64,000 bases of DNA, taken from assembly GCA_012295275.1 (NCBI GenBank), contig CM022674.1:8928001-8992000 (forward strand). Reading direction: 5' to 3'. Under the pieces are notes generated by a model, which worked only from the letters and a program-made list of their open reading frames with translations, ran no database searches and was not told where the DNA came from. Each line of letters starts with the position of its first letter. Positions within the stretch are counted from its first letter, which is position 1. This document shows positions 56,701-64,000 of this stretch, piece by piece. The stretch comes from Chrysomallon squamiferum. Its lineage: Eukaryota; Animalia; Mollusca. The position numbers were made by a program, and so were the translations under genes.

Positions 56701-59700
56701 GATTGTTTCTTGGTATTGCCACATTTGTTAATTTTATTACAATATTTTGTAATGCATGCTGTCATGTTAAAAATCAAACTGGCCTTTATTTACAAGCTAT
56801 ATAAATAAAATGTACAAATAATTAATGTAATTTTAAAACTAAGTTTCAAAGCTTTGGTATGTTTATAAATATGTTGTAGGTTGGTATAAATAGTAAATTA
56901 CATCTTAAAACTTATTTTATATAAATAGAGCAACTAAAATATATATATTTATTTAATTTTTTTTTTTTTTCAGCATTAAAGTAATTACTTATTAGTTTTT
57001 ATTATCAGCAAAGCTTGGACACTTTTTCATTAGCAGTTATTTAACACACACAGATTTTGTGTACTAACAGATTTCTAAATCTGTTTGTCTATTAGCCTAG
57101 CAAGCATTCACTTATTTCTGATAATCTTATCATGTCATTTTTATTTTCGCATGTGTTTTCTACTTTTTTCTTTTCATAATTTAAAAATAAAAAATTTATG
57201 CTTTATAAATGGAAGATGTAGGTAAAAAGCGATAAAATGTAGACAGGTGATATAAATTGGTATGTACATATCTTGAAGGGGAATGATTTTACCAGGTGAT
57301 TTCAGTGGAAAACATATGCTGGTTCTGATACCACAAGCTCAAAATAGCTCAAGAGGGGAATTGTTTTGTGTTAGAATCATAAAAATTGCTGTTCTGCCTT
57401 CTTGTGGAAGCTTACATGCAAGGTCGTGTTGGCAGGGAGTATTCATTTTCAAAGTTCTTGGTGTTGCAAAAACAACAGTTGTGCTTGTTAGGCTGGCAGG
57501 CAGCTAATGGCTTCACTGGATCCAGCTAATACTTTATGTCAACTGAGGGCAAAAGTTATGTGGTTTGGTGAGTAGTATATATTTGAATATAAAACAATAT
57601 TTAGGACAAACAGTTAAATATTTACTTTATATTCTACAAAAGAAATGTATTTGGAATCTCGGTGGCATGATAATAAGAAATTATTTGTGAAATACTGTTG
57701 CTTATGTGATAGGTATTATATCTTTTTACTGATTAAAATGGAATTTACAAAAGTTTCTATCTGTTTTATAATAATAATACTAATAATAATTATCTGTAGA
57801 TATATTTGTAAGATTAAAATATCTTGTTTGAAATGAAATATTTTGTTTATTATACATTTTCTAGACATTCAAGTTCTTCACAAATGTTGTTAAAGTTTCA
57901 TTTATATATGTATTTTATATTATTTTTAATGTAAGATCTATTTTAAAAAGAAAAAATATTCAGTGTATTATTTCACATACTGGATTAATTAAAATTAAAA
58001 TTAACTGATATTAATTTAATTCAAATAGAGTCAAATGTTTTGGCAAAATATTTCTGTGGTCATTATTAACATTGATATCTTTGTAGAATTACAGGGTTTC
58101 AAGTTATTATTAATTATTTTTCAATTAAATTTATATTTTCAAACTGTTAAAATAAACATTGAACAAGATGGGTTTTTAAAAGAGTTTTAATGTTTTATAT
58201 AAATTAACTACAAATGCAAGGTTTGTACTGCATTATTTGTTTTCATAAGATATGGGTTCTTGGGTTTTAGGCTAATAAAAAGAAATGTGTATATATATAT
58301 ATATATAATAAGCCAAATAAATTTATTTTTGACAAACTTCTGTTCTGTAATCTTCAGAACTCAAACAGTAAACTATTTCTGTTTTTATGAGAATGAAAAC
58401 TATTGGATCAAATCATGGTACTGACTGTTTCTTTAGGCAGGTCAGCAGGTCACCCAGACATTTCTCAACATATGACTGAGTTCTGAGACATTCTTGATTC
58501 TCCTGTCAGAAGAATTCATCTTGATCACAATTGTCTTTCTGACAAACCAGTGTGTTTGTTCTTTCCATCAACATAGCTAAACTGAACCCATTTTCAGTTT
58601 ATATATAGCTACCTATCAGATATAGTTAATCTTAGTGTTTTGTTTCCAGTATGTTACCTTTTATTTCTAAAGGGGTATCACTACTGATTAAAAACAAAAC
58701 ACTGTCTTTAATATAAACATATAATTTACAATTTCTGGCCATATTCCTTATAGACACCTAAATTATTTTCAAAATATATAATTCTGTTACAAAAGATATT
58801 TTAATCAATTTATCATAAATTTGAAAGATTTATTTTGATCATTAGTAATCTCCTGATTTGAAATTGGATGAAAATTTATAAATTTATCAATCTAAAACCA
58901 TGTGACATCACCATGAAAACAGAGAGCAGGAACTTGCTCTTTGAAATATGCAGGATTGTTAGTGAAAGGTCTCGTAGTGATCAAGTTACACACAAATTGG
59001 GTTTGAACTACTCCCAGACTCTTAAATGTTCATTCCTCGATTAGGTTCAAGAAACACAAGTGCTTTCTAGACTAGCACCAGTTTTTAATCTAAATGTATG
59101 ATAGTTTATAGTCAAAGATTCTGCTGTATCAAACTCTGGCACACAATTCTTACTCTCCTCATTAACTGGTACTAAAAGATAAGCATTTATTTTTTGTTTT
59201 TTGTTCCAGTAACCTTTATTTCTTGGTTTTAAAGCCTGTTAGATAAATCTGTGTGTGTGTGTGCGTGTCTATTTTTTTTTAAAGATCTTTATATGTAAGA
59301 AATGATTAGCATATTAATTACCAGATTCCATACACTTATTCACTTGAAATATTATAAAGACAACCATGATTGTCATAAATATTTTGTTTCTATAGTATTT
59401 TCAGTTGTATGTGAATATTATTTTGTGTGTGTTTTGTATATACCAGTAAATATAATATTAACTTCAGTGACTGTCAACAAAATTTATTGTAACAAGTTCA
59501 TACTTCATGTGCTTATTCTGCTGCATGTGTTCAATTTTTCCTTAAGTGTTGCCAGAAATATTGCCCACTTTACAGTAAGCTATGTTTGGAAATTAAACAA
59601 ACACTCAGGGTTTGGCTCTTTCATGAACAACATCATGCCTTGTGAAGCTATGAATTTTTATCCTTATTTTTAAATGAACTAGTGTATCACTCTGTTGGTT

Positions 59701-62700
59701 AAGATGCTGATATATTCTGACAATGGTTGAAGCCAAATACCAAGTTATGTAGTAGAAATACCTGAAGAGACTAGCAAGTCACAGTCTGTAGTTTGAATGA
59801 AGAAGAACTGACTTCTGGCATTTAACAACACAAAGCTATTGGTGAAATGAAATGTCAATTACATGACTGCACCAAATATGTCTTCATCATGTTTTGAAAC
59901 CATGTTGGATAAGACATATCACCTACAGATATATTTATACTCTATATATAAAACAAAGATATCATTTTCAAAATTCATTTTACTATTTTAAAGACTCTAT
60001 TTTATTTTGTATGTTATTGAAAATAAATGAACATATTATTAATATTATTTTAATTTTTTTTGTTTGGTATATGATTATATAATCTATAGGGGTCATTCCG
60101 TGTCAAATCACCCAATGGATTAAACCCAACAGTTCAGATATTTATGAAACTTGGTATACTTATTGATCGGGATCCCATATCACCAAATCCAACATTTTAT
60201 GACCAGTGGCTTGGGAGATATGGCCCCAAATTTTGAGATTTTTGGACCAAAATGGGCATGACCACCAGCCTTTGAACCCTCATATCTCGGGAACGACTGG
60301 GCCAGTCTTCACAAAATTGGTACTGTTGAAAAGGCAATATGACAAGGATTAACATATGGAAGATTTCAAGAAAGGTCATCTCAAGGTCACATGATCCACA
60401 AGGTCAATTTCAAGGTCATAACAAAGGTCAAAAGGTCAGTTTACCCCAACCTTCTTCAAACTGAACAATAATGGCAGATTTTATGAAGATTGGCCCAGTA
60501 GTTCCTGAGATATGAGGGTTCTGATTGGCCTAAAATCACAATCAACAAGTTTACCAAATTTCATAAAAATCGGACTATAAGCTTCCCTGTCCAAAAAAGC
60601 ACAGATAGACAAAAACTCTCCATTGGATTTGCAAGGCAGGACAAAAACCCCTCCTCAGAAAAAAAGCAGCTTAGCAAACAACCACTTTATTACAATCAAA
60701 ATATATCTTTATCAAAATTAGCATAATAAAGGCATGATTTTCAATTTAATCTGCTTGTTTAATCAACATAATTAATAAAAAGTGACTGTGATAATAATCA
60801 CAATTTGAAGAAAGAATTTATTTTGAAACATACAGTTACATTGTATGAAATGAGATAACGTACTGTAGTAATCGTTTTGGGAATTTTGCCATTTTGAAAA
60901 TTGAATATAATTCCAGAAATAATATCAAATCCTAACATAAGCTGAAGGGGGTGCTATGTCCATATTCCTAATAACAGTAATAGAAAAAACAATAATAAAA
61001 GAATATAAAAATAAAATATTACATTGTGACTGCATGTATTTACTATAAAGAGAAATTAAAATACAAGTATTTTGATAAATGAAAACATTAATAAGGAGTA
61101 ATTATAAATAATCATGAAATATTATGTTATAATTAATGAATGGTTCTTAAAAATTTTATATTTAATTTATTTTTTTAATTGCAGATAAAATAGCACAAAA
61201 ACAATATGTAATTAAGTTTGGATGTGACAGCATTAAAATAATTGTATTTATTTTTAGATTTGTTGCCAGGCATTGAAGAATTTCTCATAACTACATTAGC
61301 TAATGAAAATCTTTCAATAACAGCAGAGGAAAAGCGACAGTATTTCGTTGAAAGATTAGATATTTTGAAACTTCCACCATCAATTCCACCAAGACCAGGT
61401 TAGTATTTTTTTCTTCTTATCAAGTAATGATAAACATTTCCAAGTTACATAACTCAGAACATAAATGTATACTTAAAGTAAAATTTATTTGAGTTACCAG
61501 TGTCAGTTATCTTCAAACATTATTCTAAGCTTTTGTATTCAGGTAATTTCTTTGACCATTCTTTAGATATATAGATTGTTAAAAAGCAGCTAATTTCTTT
61601 TTTAAGATATTATAAATTGTCATAAATATTTTGTTTATAATATTTTAGGGCGCCGTTCAGTTCACAGTAGTCAGAATGAACTAGATGTTGTAGATGATAG
61701 TGTAAAAGCAGTCCCAGACGACTTCGCAGCCTATCAAAGAGAACTTGCTCGAACGTTTGCTCAAGTTCCCCCTGCAGCCAAAAAAGAAACTAAGACAGAG
61801 GCAATTTTATATTTAATTATTTATTCAATTTTATATTTATGTAGGCTACATGTGTGTGTAGAACTATATCTAGATTATTATCTATATATATATATATATA
61901 TAAATAAAGTATAGTGAAGTTGTATTTAAAACATAAAAAGATTATGAAACTTATATTACGATAGCGTATGAATGGACTCATCCTCATTAATGCTTTCTTG
62001 CATTTTTTAAAAATTTGTTTGAAACCAAGTGATAATTTTGCATATTTTGCTAATAGCATGTTACTTCATATATTAATGTTTCTAATTTCATCCAGCAAAG
62101 ATATGTGCCTTATTATTAACAGGTGATAGTAATGGCAATAAATTACAAATTTAAATCTTTATCAGCAGCTATTAAGAAATTTAAGCAGACTCTAATAGTG
62201 ATATTTCAGAACAGACTGGGAGTGTTTGGCAGAGCATCAATTGATTCTGTTTGTTTATTTCCAAATTAAATTGAGTTCATGTAGTAATAATAGAACACTA
62301 TAAATACATGCTGTTGTTCCCCTCCATATAAGTTAGACATTTATAACTCCTTTTTTTTTTTAATAATTTGGTTCAAAATGGAAATTTATTAATATGCCTT
62401 GTTTTAATGTAAATATGAAAACATCATGTATGGTTTTTTTGTTGGGAATATTATTCATACAGTGATTATTTTACTGTTAAAGAATATTATTAACGAGTGT
62501 GTGCTCGCATGAAGTACAAATAATGAAAATTGAAAGACAAATATAGAACTGAATGGGGAAATTGAAGCCAGTGATGTATTATTTTTGACTGGATTTCAAA
62601 AACATTTAGTTGTGAGATGTGTGCATTGCTGTGCATTGCTGAAGTGATTGTGTTACAATGAAAACATCTGTTTTATGCAGCTAATTTGGTTTACTAGAGG

Positions 62701-64000
62701 TGGATGGTTTAGTAATCTGCAGTAGCTTGTTTTTTCATAACAAGACTGTTCTCTGAATGAACAACTGACATTTATCATGTTGGCAGCAGTCCAGGATGTT
62801 TTAGGTTAAACACCAACTTATTTAATAAATAATTGTCGGGTGAAAATATTTACGTCAGACTTAGATGCTATGTTATATATATTTTTTTTTTCTGTTATCC
62901 TGGATGTAAGCAAGGTGTATTCATTATTTATTGTATATATTTAGCTGTATAATGTGTGGCACAAACCAAAACAATATAATGTTCATGTACTAGCTAAACT
63001 TTACTTATTAATTTTTAAAGTTAACATTTTAACATTTCATTGATGTAATAGTTCTGTGACTTTTGTTGTCATGATAACAAAACAGGGATACAGTTAATAA
63101 TCATTAAAGAAAAGAAAGTTTGTACTTAAAATTATAAAAATCAAAAACAGAAATATAGCCTTTAGGTTACTTTCCATCAGTTAGAACCAGTTACCATATT
63201 TTAGATATTTCACACAAATGGTCAAGTGTTGCTTTTCATGTAATTGGTGGGTGAGCATTTCACTTGAGCATTGTAGGTCTTTGCTAACAGTGGTGGATCA
63301 TAAACAGATATTTTAATACTCACAGCTGTATCAGTGGATTAAACTGAGAAAATATATTTATACAGAAGTATTAATAATTTAAAATCTACGGTAATCTAAG
63401 GTAATTTAAAAATCTAAGTCATGCTGAATATAAAAGTATGCAGTTGGCATGTTAATTTTTCAGTTTCCACATGGGTGTATCAAGCATTGTTAAATTATAG
63501 TTTATATTATACTGAACAATAATTACATGAATTACCTGAAATTCGAAGGATCTAATGTAAAAGAGAGGATAAAAGTACAGTTGGAAAATTTTGTCTGACT
63601 TCTTGTACCTTCATTATTACTGATACTCATAGAATGGGTTTTTTTTGTTGTTTTTTTTTTTTACAAATTTTAATAAACATTTTATATTTGCTTTAAAGTT
63701 GTTTTCTGGCTGACTACACTTGGTTTGACTGATCATACATTTACAAATGTAATAAAACTAATGATTCTTATTTTTTTCAGCATGTGAAAATCTATGATGA
63801 TATAGATTCTTCAGAAAGGTAAGTTAATTTCTTTCAAATATTTAAATTGTTATCTGTTTTCATTGTTTTTATGATAAAACTTTTTTTTTTTTTTAAATGG
63901 TTTCAGTTATTATTTTTATTGTAATAATTATTAATTTTAGTACTGAAGAAGACAAGGAACATGATCTGTATGAGATTCCAGTTGTACGACAGACAGAAGA
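43741..64000 (+). CDS. SKAP/AFAP1-like adaptor protein, 5' part: join(43741..43756,61258..61398,61649..61800,63781..63818,63941..>64000)
   Basis: Spliced translation: METLN/DLLPGIEEFLITTLANENLSITAEEKRQYFVERLDILKLPPSIPPRP/GRRSVHSSQNELDVVDD...KKETKTE/HVKIYDDIDSSE/STEEDKEHDLYEIPVVRQTE. The N-terminal helix resembles the SKAP1/2 dimerisation segment (LLxDVExFxxxxLxxENLSxxAxEKR) and the related AFAP1 N-terminus. It has a PxxPxR SH3-ligand and YDDI/YEIP tyrosine motifs. PH/SH3 domains are not in the window, so the family assignment is provisional. Confidence 0.7.
44810..44890. repeat. (AAT/AAC)n microsatellite
   Basis: Visible run; it explains the poly-Asn pseudo-ORF. Confidence 0.92.
47680..47765. 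repeat. (CA)n microsatellite with degenerate flanks
   Basis: Visible run. Confidence 0.9.
51030..51300. repeat. Degenerate minisatellite, ~65-75 bp period, 3-4 units
   Basis: Recurring ACACATTAAAA..AATGTTATAAAACACA.TAAA..TTAAGAAAAC. Confidence 0.65.
54179..54339. repeat. Near-identical 73-bp direct duplication (54179-54251 and 54267-54339)
   Basis: AAATGAAATAATCTTTGCTTGGAGTTCARAATARTACTTTAATGATTATTAAAATGTTTTATTAACACCATTA occurs twice with two substitutions. Confidence 0.95.
60087..60650. mobile_element. Non-autonomous DNA-element-like insertion with an internal 43-bp inverted repeat and an AGGTCA array
   Basis: An abruptly GC-richer block starts at AGGGGTCATTCCGTGTCAAATC. The inverted pair is 60274-60316 and 60479-60521 (39/43 match). 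ATGAAACTTGGT, ACCAAATTTCAT..AAATCGG and ACAGATAGAC motifs are typical of invertebrate non-autonomous repeats. Superfamily not determined. Confidence 0.7.

Overview
AT-rich, CpG-depleted, intron-rich animal genomic DNA. It is not prokaryotic and is probably a protostome invertebrate such as a mollusc, though I cannot identify the species. Most ORFs in the supplied track are spurious, so I reconstructed the genes by hand from splice sites and reading phase. In order: the 3' end of a Rap1GAP gene (+), mS38/AURKAIP1 (-), AGTRAP (+), PEX5 (-, 16 coding exons), PDE6D (+), a LicD/FKRP-family nucleotidyltransferase with one frameshift (+), and the 5' part of a SKAP/AFAP1-like adaptor gene (+) with a 17.5 kb first intron. 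Decayed DNA transposons (pogo/Tigger, Tc1, hAT-like MITE), minisatellites and microsatellites are scattered between them. The most notable signals concern splicing: a minisatellite in a Rap1GAP intron whose unit looks like an amplified acceptor/micro-exon/donor cassette in frame with the next exon, two U12-type introns (AGTRAP, PDE6D), an inferred GC-AG intron, and candidate alternative first exons in the adaptor gene. There is also a ~250 bp near-perfect palindrome and a repeat-borne cluster of six AGGTCA half-sites. I see no convincing evidence for a wholly new multi-gene system, and the findings are hypotheses to test.
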